From the NCBI RefSeq assembly GCF_024223415.1, contig NZ_CP100500.1: DNA of 64,000 nucleotides; one strand, written 5' to 3'. Positions 1 to 10,493 of the stretch are shown here, one piece after another. How positions within the stretch are numbered: position 1 is the first letter of the stretch; every line of letters begins with the position of its first letter. Both the position numbers and the translations under genes were made by a program. Below the pieces are notes generated by a model. It searched no databases. It was not told the DNA's origin and saw nothing but the letters and a program-made list of their open reading frames with translations. Origin of the DNA: Escherichia coli. GTDB taxonomy: Bacteria; Pseudomonadota; Gammaproteobacteria; Enterobacterales; Enterobacteriaceae.

Positions 1-482
1 ATGCGATCGGCATGGCTGAGAACAAACAGAAAACGCGAGGGATCGGCACCTTCATTCAGTAAAAACTGATGCATGGCGATGTCGGCAGCATACGCACGTT
101 CATCAGCCCGCAGGATCCAGATAATCAGATCCAGTTCGGGCAGTAACTGACTGTAAAGTGCCCGGTATTCCTGATCATGCTGTGGTGTTTCGCCAGTGCC
201 GGGCAGATCGACCAGCGTCATTCTTCGTTCACCGGGCTGAAAGGTAAGACGATGAGCCTGACGGGTGCAGCCGTTCAGCGGATGCGTGGCGCAGACACGG
301 GACTGAAAAATGGCATTGCACAGGCTGCTTTTTCCGGCACCGGATTTACCCATAATGCCAATAACGGGTTCGTACTGAATGACGCTGCGAAGATGTTCAA
401 GGATTTTCTGGCGAATTTCTTCAGGAAGAAAGGTCAGATGTGACTTTACGTGTGCGGAGAGGGAAGAATGGCTGAATGACAT
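1..482 (-). CDS. YeeP/YfjP/YkfA-family GTPase, N-terminal part (3' end lies beyond window start)
   Basis: Minus-strand translation from ATG at 480-482: MSFSHSSLSAHVKSHLTFLPEEIRQKILEHLRSVIQYEPVIGIMGKSGAGKSSLCNAIF...LVDLPGTGE; P-loop GKSGAGKSS and DLPG G3 motif; family typical of CP4-type islands. Confidence 0.75.
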   Translation of the reverse strand, partial: MSFSHSSLSAHVKSHLTFLPEEIRQKILEHLRSVIQYEPVIGIMGKSGAGKSSLCNAIFQSRVCATHPLNGCTRQAHRLTFQPGERRMTLVDLPGTGETPQHDQEYRALYSQLLPELDLIIWILRADERAYAADIAMHQFLLNEGADPSRFLFVLSHADR

Positions 483-582
483 ACCGTTATCCTGTTGATT
501 TCACTGAACCGGATCACATTAATCCGGCCTATCAGTCAGGTAATATGGACGTGAAAATTTTTCCATTGACGGGAAGAAGAGT

Positions 583-1806
583 ATGGCTAAAAACAAAGGT
601 ATCTGTCGGAATAAAAAATGCAGCAATCCTGTTTCAGAATTTGATGAGGCAAATGCCCTGAGGTTATGTGATGATCATTATCAGTTATGGAAACGAAATA
701 AAGAGAACCGTCGGGTCAGGAATATTTGTCGTATAATCAGTAAATATGACAAAAGTCTGGACCGGGAGATATTTGACAGAGTAATAGATGCTGCAAGAAA
801 TCAAACGGGAAAGAGAATTGTTGAGGACGCAAAAATATTACATCAATTGCGCAATTCAAAGCAAGTAAGAAAAAGTCTTCATAATGGAGTACTCCGGTCA
901 CGGGAATGGCTCAATACACAGGAGTTACTGAGAAGAAAAAATATATCTGTTACAGGTGACTCATTTAAATCTTACATAAAGGATATTGTCAGATTATATT
1001 GCTATAAGTTTCTCTACAGCAGAGAATATCTTAATGAAAACGCATGCAAAAAACAATATCAGAGAGTTATTAACCCCAGAGAATTTAATGTTCCGATACT
1101 TCAACTTGAAGTTGCATGGATCAATAATAATTGCCGTTCAAGTGATTCAAGCTCTGATATTATCATCCTTCCCAGGATGATAAGAAGAATGGTTGTATTT
1201 AATGATACGAAGATAAATAAACAATTAGAGGAAATGTTGGGGGGGATAGCACGAAAAAAAGTCGCAGTAAGGAATAAAGGCGGTCTCTATACCAGAATAA
1301 AAAAAGAAAATGATTTTCGTTCTATGGATAGATTTATGGTGGAAATCGAAAATATCATAAGACCTGAAATATTTCCGACATCAATTTACCCGCCTTTTTC
1401 ACTTTCATTTATCGAGAGAGAATTGCCACTACTGAATCTGGCGCACTCACAGTACAAAAGAGCAATAAGTAAAAAAGTGGCGAATTCAATTTTTTATACT
1501 TTGCGAAAAACTCACGTGGCATTATGGCTGCATCTTGAAATGTTTGCTCTTGTGGCATTCATCAAACTGTATACAGGAAAAGGGTTTGAATTCATGAAAA
1601 ACATGTGTGTATTTATAGATTATGATAAAGGGATAATAAAATCCACGCATGAAGAACTGCTGAGTGAAATTAAGTGTAACATTCAGTTGAATTTAAAGGT
1701 GAATTCTGATAATTTTCCTGAATTAATAGAAGTATACAATTCATGCTTTAGTAAAAATATATTGTTGTATGATGTTCAGGATGATGGTTTTAAATGGTGT
1801 TTATGA
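583..1806 (+). CDS. hypothetical protein, 407 aa, AT-rich orphan; N-terminal Cys/His cluster (CRNKKCSNP...CDDH)
   Basis: Long uninterrupted ORF in a markedly AT-rich segment, divergent from the GTPase gene; no recognisable catalytic motif. Confidence 0.5.
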   Translation: MAKNKGICRNKKCSNPVSEFDEANALRLCDDHYQLWKRNKENRRVRNICRIISKYDKSLDREIFDRVIDAARNQTGKRIVEDAKILHQLRNSKQVRKSLHNGVLRSREWLNTQELLRRKNISVTGDSFKSYIKDIVRLYCYKFLYSREYLNENACKKQYQRVINPREFNVPILQLEVAWINNNCRSSDSSSDIIILPRMIRRMVVFNDTKINKQLEEMLGGIARKKVAVRNKGGLYTRIKKENDFRSMDRFMVEIENIIRPEIFPTSIYPPFSLSFIERELPLLNLAHSQYKRAISKKVANSIFYTLRKTHVALWLHLEMFALVAFIKLYTGKGFEFMKNMCVFIDYDKGIIKSTHEELLSEIKCNIQLNLKVNSDNFPELIEVYNSCFSKNILLYDVQDDGFKWCL

Positions 1807-3389
1807 TGTGAAAATATTAAATTTATATTACATTTTAATTATCGACAAAAAACACATAAAGAAATCTAAAGGGAATGAGCGTCAAATGAGCTGATATAGC
1901 GCCAGTTTGGTATGGTCATGTGATTTGATGATTAAAGCTTACGGATAATAACACTCCTCTGTGAGCCATATAAATGAGCATGCCATAATCGTCAGTTCAG
2001 AGATAAAACTGACTGAATGATCTTATGTTATAGTAAGCAGTGTTTACCGGATACGATGACTTATCTCTCTCACATCATATGGATTCACTTTCATGGGGTA
2101 AAGCGATGGGACTACAGACGCTGATTATGATGGTTTGCTGTAAAGTTAGCACAAGTTTTTGCTGTACAGAATACGGAGTAAGAAAAATAATTCCAGAGTA
2201 AATCTGCTCTGCTTTTGAACAGAAAAGATTCATGCTTACCGTGAAAAACTGAAACCAACATTCAGTCTGCATGGATGTCTTAAGATGTTGAGAATGTCGG
2301 ATATGGTATTATATACACCTTTTCCATTAGGTCCTTTTATGTTTTCATTAAGTCGTTTTGTATGTATTCCTCCAGTGATTCATTAGTGCCTGTTTACGCA
2401 TTTACACACTTTTCCCATTAATCTCCTTTAAATGTGTTTCATTACGCATTGCTGTACACATTTTTGAACTGATACACATCCAAGTTAGTAAACCTGTCAG
2501 TTCTGATTTTACGTTAACTAAATCAGTTTAATGCTGCTGTAAAACAATCCTTCCTGTTTAAGCAATCAATCTGCTATTCGATTTTACTGATGTGACGTTT
2601 AACCTTTCCTGAGCTTTGGTTGTTTGTGGTTTTTGGTTTGTGTTTCGACGTTAAGCTGAGAAAAGTATCTTTACGCTAAATCAACCCGAACTTTCCTGAG
2701 GTGATCTGACGTTCTTTTCGATGTGCTTACGACGATTCTGTTAAACGACTTTCTGGATGTTTTGATAACAATCAGATTGAGGCATTAACGATTCCTGACG
2801 TTTTGCTTTTTCATGTAAGGTCATTGTTTTCGTCATGATGTGGTTTTTCTTCTTGCATTGCGAAAGTGTGATGATTGGTTTTGGTTTTTTGATTCAGATG
2901 AGATTTACGTTATCGATGGTTAATCGTTTTTATGGTGAGTAGTGAAACGTAACATTTTCGGGATGAGAAAATCGATTCTGATGGTGATGGGGATGATCGT
3001 GTTACGGCGTTATCTGTAAACAGGTTTTAAACGTGTCATTCGCATTCGTGATTGAGTTGTGTGATTAAGCTGTAGGTTTTGGCGTTGTTGTTGATTTGCA
3101 TTGCCAGGAAGCGTTCTGGTTGCGTTTCTGGTGTTTTGTTCGAATGTTCTGTGGATCCTTTTCCCTTCAGGCTTTTCTCGTCGTCCATGTCGTTTTTAAA
3201 TCCATTCATGCTGTTGTTGCGTGTTTTGCTGCTGTGTGCAGGATTATCTTTTCGTTCCGGGATGGTTTGTTCCGTTTCAATCACTCTTAATCAGAGAGTT
3301 GTAGCATTGCTTAATGACATGATGCCGTAAAGTTTTACCGCGGTGATTAATGATGTGAAGTCAATCCAAATCAACGGAGATCTCTCATC

Positions 3390-4121
3390 ATGAATCAACC
3401 AATACACAATGCTTACTGGTTATCCCGTTTTGACAGCCTTCTCGACAGTGCCCTGTCGCAGCACCGTGCCGTCTCGTTAATCCGGGTGGATTTACGTTTC
3501 CCTGAGTATATGCCTGTCACCATCATGGATCCCGATCCGGATTCAGCGGTGATTTCTCGTTTTTTCGAATCCCTGAAAGCCAAAATCCAGGCTTACCAGC
3601 GGAAAAAACGACGTGCCAACAAGCGTGTGCGTGCAACCACTCTGCGTTATTTCTGGTGTCGGGAGTTTGGCAAGGAAAAAGGCAGGAAACATTATCACGT
3701 GATATTGCTGCTCAACAAAGATACCTGGTGCTCGCCAGGGGATTTCAGCGAACCATCTTCGCTGGCGACGATGATCCTGGAGGCATGGTGCAGCGCCCTG
3801 CATCTTGAGGCCTGGCAGGGTAATGGACTGGTTCATTTTTCCAGGCGGACGCCTTTCCGTAAACCGACATCATCTGATGCTCGCCCTTCTTCCGATGATA
3901 CGCCTTTGTCGGGTGGATGTTCTGATACCAGGAAGGCTTCAGACAAAAAGCCGGGTGAAGCCGCTGTTCTCTGGATCAAGCGTGGTGATGTGGCAGCGAT
4001 GCAGAAAGCCCGGAAAAGAGCCCGTTATCTCGTGAAAAATCAAACGAAGCAGCATAATGGTTCCGGTCAACGTAATTATGGTTGCAGCCGTGGGCCGGGG
4101 CGTCTGCTGGATGGCAGGTGA
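3390..4121 (+). CDS. inovirus Gp2-family protein (YagK/YfjJ-like)
   Basis: 243 aa ORF MNQPIHNAYWLSRFDSLLDSAL...RVDLRFPEY...HYHVILLLNKD, pattern of YfjJ/YagK island proteins; preceded by conserved upstream motif. Confidence 0.65.
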   Translation: MNQPIHNAYWLSRFDSLLDSALSQHRAVSLIRVDLRFPEYMPVTIMDPDPDSAVISRFFESLKAKIQAYQRKKRRANKRVRATTLRYFWCREFGKEKGRKHYHVILLLNKDTWCSPGDFSEPSSLATMILEAWCSALHLEAWQGNGLVHFSRRTPFRKPTSSDARPSSDDTPLSGGCSDTRKASDKKPGEAAVLWIKRGDVAAMQKARKRARYLVKNQTKQHNGSGQRNYGCSRGPGRLLDGR

Positions 4122-4631
4122 AGTCTGTAAAACGGTATCCGGTGCCAGGGGGGGGATATCACGGTAAGGGCGTCAGCCAACGTCTTTCGCTCGTATTCTG
4201 ATAACCCGTCCTGAAGTCATGTATCTGCTTCCATTCTCATGTTCATATTTCTCTTACGCTTTCACTGTCTGTCATCGGAAGTACCGATTTATTTTGGTGC
4301 TGCGCACTTACGGCCATTCACGGAAGAGGATTGTGGTGAACAGTAGGAGTCTGGCTGCTGGCGAGGGAAGGTTCAGGACTGGTATGGGGTTTAGTGCTGG
4401 AGGATGACTTTGAATCCCGGATTGACCAGTGAGGGGGCAGTGAGAGGATGCTCTGGTGTAACAGGTCTGGATTACAAAATATAAAACCGGTTGTACACTC
4501 GTAACGGGTAAAAGGATACGGGCAATAACACGTGGTACCCGGTGAGACTGGCTCTTGTATCACATTACCGGGAATATTCTGGCAGGTGAAATGTTCTGAT
4601 AAGAATCATCCTGAGGGAGGATACAACGGAT

Positions 4632-5084
4632 ATGAACGTTATTGACAGCCGCATTCGTGATGTGAAATTTGGTGAAAATGTGAAAGTCGTCATGCCAGTA
4701 AACCTCTATGAATGTGAACTGGGGGATGATGTTTTTATCGGTCCCTTTGTGGAAATACAGAAGGGATGCATCATTGGCAACCGGAGCCGAATTCAGTCCC
4801 ACAGTTTCATCTGTGAGAACGTCATTTTAGGTGATGCCTGTTTCATCGGTCATGGCGTAACTTTTCCTAATGATCTGTTTAAGTGTGGTGGTCCCGATAC
4901 CTCTGCAGAAAGCTGGATACGCATCGTATTAGGTAACACTGTAACAGTGGGTAGTGGAGCGACCATTTTAACAACAGAAATTTGCAGTGGAGCTGTGATT
5001 GGTGCTGGTAGTGTGGTTACAAAGCCCGTGCTGGTAAAAGGCGTGTATGCGGGTAATCCGGCCAGACTTTTGAGAACGCTTTAA
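4632..5084 (+). CDS. hexapeptide-repeat (left-handed beta-helix) acyl/acetyltransferase
   Basis: 150 aa with repeated [LIV]-G-x-x-x-x hexapeptides (VFIGPFVEI, CIIGNRSRI, VILGDACFIGHGV, VLGNTVTVGSGATI, AVIGAGSVV). Confidence 0.7.
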   Translation: MNVIDSRIRDVKFGENVKVVMPVNLYECELGDDVFIGPFVEIQKGCIIGNRSRIQSHSFICENVILGDACFIGHGVTFPNDLFKCGGPDTSAESWIRIVLGNTVTVGSGATILTTEICSGAVIGAGSVVTKPVLVKGVYAGNPARLLRTL

Positions 5085-5335
5085 TTATTGAATCCAATAT
5101 TAAACCAGACAGACAGTAAACATAATACTGTTCCGGATATCGCTTGCCGCAGGAACCTCCTTAACATTCAGGAAAATAAAGCTTTTATTGCTGCTATGTA
5201 CCATAAGAGACAGAAGTAATTGATTTACCAGTATTACACCTGTTGAAGCTATGGTTATTCACCTTTTATTTTTTGAGCAGCGTATTTATACTTCCCGGAG
5301 CATTGTTTAAATATAATCGCCCGGGATTGATTCGT

Positions 5336-6241
5336 ATGGCTCTTGAACAGGAAATCGCAAACCTTGTAAACGAGTTTGTCGCGGCTGGTCGTCCATCCTG
5401 TCGTGACCAGACCTTTGATGAACGCCGTGCCGGATATATCGCAAGTACTGCTCTGGCCGGCGATACAGAAACCCGCGTAAACATCAGTGATGTGATTATT
5501 GACGATGTTTTATTGCGCATATTTTCGCCTTTAAACGATGATGGGGTGTTATCCGCAATTGTCTATTATCATGGTGGCTGTTTTGTCAGTGGTGGTTTTG
5601 TAACCCATGATAATCAGTTGCGACAGCTTGCTTTCCTGAGCGGTTGTCGTGTCATTGCTGTACAATATCGATTAACGCCGGAACATATTTATCCTGCGGC
5701 ACATGACGATGCTGAACATGCCGCTAATATTGTGTGGCAACACGCAGAAATGTTGAAAGTTGATCGCAACAGAATAACGTTAATGGGGGATAGCGCTGGG
5801 GGACATCTTGCACTGATAACAGCACTGCGGGTTAAAAACATCGGTCAGTGGTTACCGCGAAAATTAATACTTATTTACCCTATGCTGGATGCCACAGCAT
5901 CATGTGATAGTTACAAATTAAACGGTAGTGACTATGTGCTGACAGCAGACACGTTTCTTAGTGGTTATGAGGCTTATTTTTCCGGTCAGGATTTAGAACA
6001 TCCGGAAGTGAGTCCATTATTCAGGAATGATTTCAATGGGTTACCACCTGTTCATGTCATCACAGCGGAATATGACCCATTACGCGATGAAGGTGAGGAA
6101 CTGTTTTCCCGTATGATTCAACAAGGAGTAAAGTGTACCGCCCAGCGTTATCTCGGTGTCATTCACGGTTTTTTCCAGCTTGGCGGCATTAGCCAGACAG
6201 CCCGTAATCTGATGCAGGATATTTGTGGGATTGTTAAATAA
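5336..6241 (+). CDS. alpha/beta-hydrolase esterase/lipase (family IV, HSL-like)
   Basis: HGGC/HGGG oxyanion motif (YYHGGCF) and GDSAGG nucleophile elbow; start placed at MALEQE, the 5243 start adds a hydrophobic extension and is uncertain. Confidence 0.7.
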   Translation: MALEQEIANLVNEFVAAGRPSCRDQTFDERRAGYIASTALAGDTETRVNISDVIIDDVLLRIFSPLNDDGVLSAIVYYHGGCFVSGGFVTHDNQLRQLAFLSGCRVIAVQYRLTPEHIYPAAHDDAEHAANIVWQHAEMLKVDRNRITLMGDSAGGHLALITALRVKNIGQWLPRKLILIYPMLDATASCDSYKLNGSDYVLTADTFLSGYEAYFSGQDLEHPEVSPLFRNDFNGLPPVHVITAEYDPLRDEGEELFSRMIQQGVKCTAQRYLGVIHGFFQLGGISQTARNLMQDICGIVK

Positions 6242-6487
6242 TCACGTAACAAGCAGCTACAGGTAAATTAGCTGAGCATGCATCCATCATTTGTCGCTGC
6301 GATGCCAGACTTCCGGATGCTCATATGTTGTTTTACTTTTGTCAGCATAAATGCTGCGTCGGGACTGGTGAATGGAGATAAGCCATTTTATTATCGACGT
6401 CAGAGAACATACTCACAATGTCGGTATGTTTCTGAAATTAAGGGTAAGTTTTGCGCTGATTACAGTATGCGAAGGAGATCTGGCACA

Positions 6488-8080
6488 ATGAATCCCGCTT
6501 ATATGCAATCCCCCCATTTCCCGGCAGATTTAACATACAGATTATTTCCTCGTAAGCTTGCGTATCTCATTGACGACTTATATGAAAGTACCCAACTTCC
6601 GCTGGATCTCATTTTTAATACTGTACTGGCAACGCTCTCACTCTCCTGTCAGTCATTGGTTGACGTTGTTCATCCTCACACCAACATGCCGGAACCCTGC
6701 TCACTTTATCTGTTGACAATCGCAGAGCCAGGCGCGGGAAAAACAACGATAAACAGACTGGTGATGAACCCCTGTTACGACTTTGCCGATCGACTCATTC
6801 AACAATACGAAGAGAGAAACAAAGATTATAAAACTGAACTACAGATCTGGAATACCCGACAGAAAGCTCTTTCTGCCAGTTTAAGAAAGGCTATTAACCG
6901 GGGGTATCCGGGAGAACAGGAAGAAGAGGCGCTGCGTAATCACGAAAGAAATAAACCGACACGTCCGGTTCGACCGAATTTTATCTATGAAGATGTTTCA
7001 CTTAAAGCGCTTGTGGAAGGACTCAACGAGCATCCGGAGGCGGGAGTTATTTCTGATGAAGCGGTAACTTTTTTCAGAAGCTATCTGAAAAATAGTCCTG
7101 GTCTGTTGAATAAAGCATGGAGTGGACAACCGTTTGATTTTGGACGGGCTGACGAGAAATATCATATCACTCCACGCCTGACATTTTCGCTAATGTCCCA
7201 ACCGGATGTTTTTACGGCTTATATAAATAAAAATGATGTACTGGCCAGGGGAAGCGGATTTCTTTCCCGGTTTCTGTTCAGTCAGGTTGTAAGTTCTTCC
7301 TGGATACGTGATTATACGAGAGGTGAGTTCAGAACAATACCAACCCTGGAGAATTTTCATAAAAAGATTAACGGATTTCTGTTAAGCCATAACATTAATT
7401 CCCCCGGCATGAGCACCGAAAGGAAGACATTAAAACTTGCGAAGAAAGCGTTGGGGGAGTGGCAGGAAAACCAGAGTAAGATTGAAAGCAAAGCGCTTGC
7501 AGGAGGGGAGTGGGAACACATCAGAGATATTGTTCTGAAAGCAGGTTCTAATATACTGAGGATAGCGGGTTTATTCACCTTCTATGGCAATAAAGATGCT
7601 GAGGAAATTGAATCAATTGCGCTTTTTAACGCCATGCATCTCATGGACTGGTATCTGGAGGAGGCAAGCGCAATATTTTATCCCATGTCTGAGCGACGCC
7701 AGTTTGAGCAGGATGCCTGTGAACTGTATGCATGGATTATGACCCGAATCAGGCAGAATAACTGGTGTGCTATCAGGAAAACAGATATTGAAAGATATGG
7801 TCCCAATCGACTGAGAAGAGCAGAAAAGCTTACACCTGTACTCAATCAGTTAATTGCTCAGAATTATTTCTGTATCATCAAAATGCGCTCGCATCAGGCA
7901 CTTTATGTTTCTGTTCGTAACAATAATGGTTACCTCCTTCCTTTCGGCACAATGTCTTACGAACCGTTTGATGTTGTACCCTCCTTGTATAGTCATAATG
8001 CGAAAATATATCCCGTTAATATTCCACCGGAATTAATCCAGTCATTTGCGTTACCTTTTTCAGCCTATAACTTATTCTGA
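6488..8080 (+). CDS. DUF3987-type protein (YfjI-like, primase C-terminal-like) with P-loop-like AEPGAGKTT
   Basis: ORF with IAEPGAGKTT motif; family recognised by similarity to YfjI of CP4-57-type islands; start at MNPAYMQ chosen over upstream 6278 start. Confidence 0.6.
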   Translation: MNPAYMQSPHFPADLTYRLFPRKLAYLIDDLYESTQLPLDLIFNTVLATLSLSCQSLVDVVHPHTNMPEPCSLYLLTIAEPGAGKTTINRLVMNPCYDFADRLIQQYEERNKDYKTELQIWNTRQKALSASLRKAINRGYPGEQEEEALRNHERNKPTRPVRPNFIYEDVSLKALVEGLNEHPEAGVISDEAVTFFRSYLKNSPGLLNKAWSGQPFDFGRADEKYHITPRLTFSLMSQPDVFTAYINKNDVLARGSGFLSRFLFSQVVSSSWIRDYTRGEFRTIPTLENFHKKINGFLLSHNINSPGMSTERKTLKLAKKALGEWQENQSKIESKALAGGEWEHIRDIVLKAGSNILRIAGLFTFYGNKDAEEIESIALFNAMHLMDWYLEEASAIFYPMSERRQFEQDACELYAWIMTRIRQNNWCAIRKTDIERYGPNRLRRAEKLTPVLNQLIAQNYFCIIKMRSHQALYVSVRNNNGYLLPFGTMSYEPFDVVPSLYSHNAKIYPVNIPPELIQSFALPFSAYNLF

Positions 8081-8860
8081 AATAAACCAACACAGATGAA
8101 ACGAAAAAAAACAACATTCATTCGAAGGTTGGTGGTAAGGAGTTTGCATATCCTGCATCTGTGCAAATATTCACCAGTTATGGGGCGCGAACGAAAATTT
8201 CTCTGAAAAAATCGCTACGGTAGCAACAGTAGCAGCACATGCACCATGTCTGTTATTTGATTTTGTTTTCATAATGACCTGTTGTCAAAGCTGATTGAAT
8301 ACAGGAGTGTGCGCACTGGTGGAAGAGTGGCTTTCGTTTTTGGTTATTCGAAAGAAAATCGAAATATTGTTTTTAACATAGCTGAAGCTAATCATATAAC
8401 CATATTTTTTGAGTTTTTATATATAACTTTGTTTGATTCTTGTCGTAATGAGTGCTGGCGTATATGACGATGTCGCTCTCTTTCTGAATAACGAAAGGTT
8501 ATCAGTCTTTTACTGACAAGAGATGCTGTTCAGGTTTCAATGGGAGATTGAAGAAAAACGATTTGATATTTTCCGTGAGAGAATGTCTTGTCAGGTTCAT
8601 ATTCATAACGGATAATTTCTTATTTTCACTCATCAGACATGGATAATTTTAATTTAGGTTTATTACTATAATTAGTATCTGTTCCTTTATTTTTATCCAT
8701 CTATCCCTTTATTTTTCATCTATCTATCCTTTTATTATTAGTATCTGTATTTTTATTATTGGCATCTGTCTATTTATTTTTATCATTCTCTCCTCTCTGT
8801 CTTTACTCTCATTGCTCTTACTCTCATTCTGTTATTTCTACTCGTGTTATCGTGTTCACT

Positions 8861-8940
8861 CTATCACTCTATCACTCTATCACTCTATCACTCTATCACT
8901 CTATCACTCTATCACTCTATCACTCTATCACTCTATCACT
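8861..8940. repeat. octanucleotide microsatellite (CTATCACT) x10 perfect copies, with degenerate CT-rich flanks 8681-8950
   Basis: Counted directly: 10 head-to-tail copies of ctatcact from 8861 to 8940, 11th copy degenerate (ctatccat). Confidence 0.95.
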
Positions 8941-9689
8941 CTATCCATCTCTCAATCATAACGATTGTCACTCATATGATACTCAGCCATGTTATTTTCT
9001 ACTGCTCTGCTGAGCTTATCTGTCTGTTCTCATCTTCAGTGAAACAGCACCTGATTTTACTCTTATCCATCATGAACTGTCTTTGTTCAACGATGATGGT
9101 ATGTCTGATATGTGTTAACCATTTTGATGGGTATCGTTGATTATCCGATGGTTAAGCTTCGATAAGGTTATCCATAGAACAGTGTGGGGTAAGCAACATG
9201 ATCCCTGATGATATTTGTTCCGTGTTGTCTTGTTGTTTAAGCGACAGGAAATATGTCAATGGCATGTTTTATTCTGCTGCCGTGAGCCATGCATGTTCTG
9301 AAGAACAGATTGAATGAGCGCATGTGAGTTTATTACGTTGGCCTTGTACACGTTTTTTTAGAACCACTGAGAGCAAGTTTGTAGTTTATGATGCTATTGG
9401 TCGTAATATGTTTCTTGAACTTTTGATCGTGGGTTTTTATCTCGTATTTTTCAGCATTTCTCGGTGTTGTATTGCGTCGATATTTTCTTTATTCCCGTTA
9501 ATATCATCTCGTCAGTGTCCATTCCTTTCATCACAATGCGTATCGTTAATAATCTGTTGTATCCATCCGCCTACAGCATGCCTGATAAATACCGTCTGTC
9601 AGTTATTACCGTTTTAGATCTGATTATGAGCGAAGGTATTCATTCGCTGACAGAACTTAAAACGTCATTAACTTACAGGAGTTATCAGC

Positions 9690-10259
9690 ATGCCTCAGTC
9701 TTACACACCAGACTGGTTTTTTACCGCCTTACTTGACCATCACATCGATCAAATGATGGCTCGCTATTCCTGTCTGCGGGCCTTACGGATGGATTTCTTC
9801 TACAGGAAAGAGACGCCTGATTTCTTACAACCTGATCACCGCTGGCTTGAATTGCAGTTGCGTATGCTGCTGGACCAGGTTGAACGGTTTGAAAATATGG
9901 TTGGTTTCTTCTGGGTGATTGAATGGACGGCTGATCATGGTTTTCATGCGCATGTGGTTTTCTGGATCGATCGTCAGAGGGTGAAAAAATATATCCCTTT
10001 GCGGAGCGGATAACCGAATGCTGGCGGGCTATTACGTATAACTGTGGTTCGGCGCACCGCTGTACATACCAGCCGCATTATGCATACAACATCAACATTC
10101 CCGTGCGCCACAACGATCCTGAAAGCATCGATAATATTCGCGGTGCCCTGCATTATCTGGCGAAAGAAGAGCAAAAAGACGGACTGTGTGCATACGGCTG
10201 CAGCGAAGTGCCTGAACGTCCTGCTGCAGGGCGACCACGCAAGCTTCACGTCTGAAGCT
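9690..10259 (+). pseudogene. inovirus Gp2-family gene, frameshifted
   Basis: N-terminal 107 aa ORF (…FWVIEWTADHGFHAHVVFWIDRQ…) stops at 10013; family-like continuation (ITYNCGSAHRCTYQPHYAYNINIPV...ALHYLAKEEQ) runs in a different frame to 10259. Confidence 0.55.
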
Positions 10260-10493
10260 TAAACCCTGAACCTCCGCACCTGGAAACAAGCCATCGGTAA
10301 AAACTTACCGCATTGCTTAATGATGTGAACCGAAGTCAACGGAGTTCATTCACCCTGAATGTTCTTTCCTGATATTCCCGCTCAGCGTCGGTTCTTCACC
10401 TGTTCCATCAACCTCATCCGCAGCCTGTAACCCGTCAGCCCATCCATCCCCGGGCAGGACGCGTTGTGGGCTGCGCATAACGGAGCATATCCT

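Noticed and set aside
3036-3330. Short ORFs on both strands in the GT-rich spacer
   Set aside because: Low-complexity composition, mutually overlapping, no RBS or family similarity.
5243-5335. Upstream start for the esterase giving a hydrophobic N-terminus
   Set aside because: Not clearly supported; the conserved esterase fold begins after MALEQE. Kept as an alternative only.
8861-8940. Possible CRISPR array
   Set aside because: 8-bp units with no spacers; this is a microsatellite. The 300-bp and 261-bp repeats are coding tandem duplications, not repeat-spacer arrays.
8759-9140. ORFs encoding SITLSLYH-type repeats
   Set aside because: Translation of the CTATCACT microsatellite and CT-rich low-complexity DNA; not a protein-coding gene.
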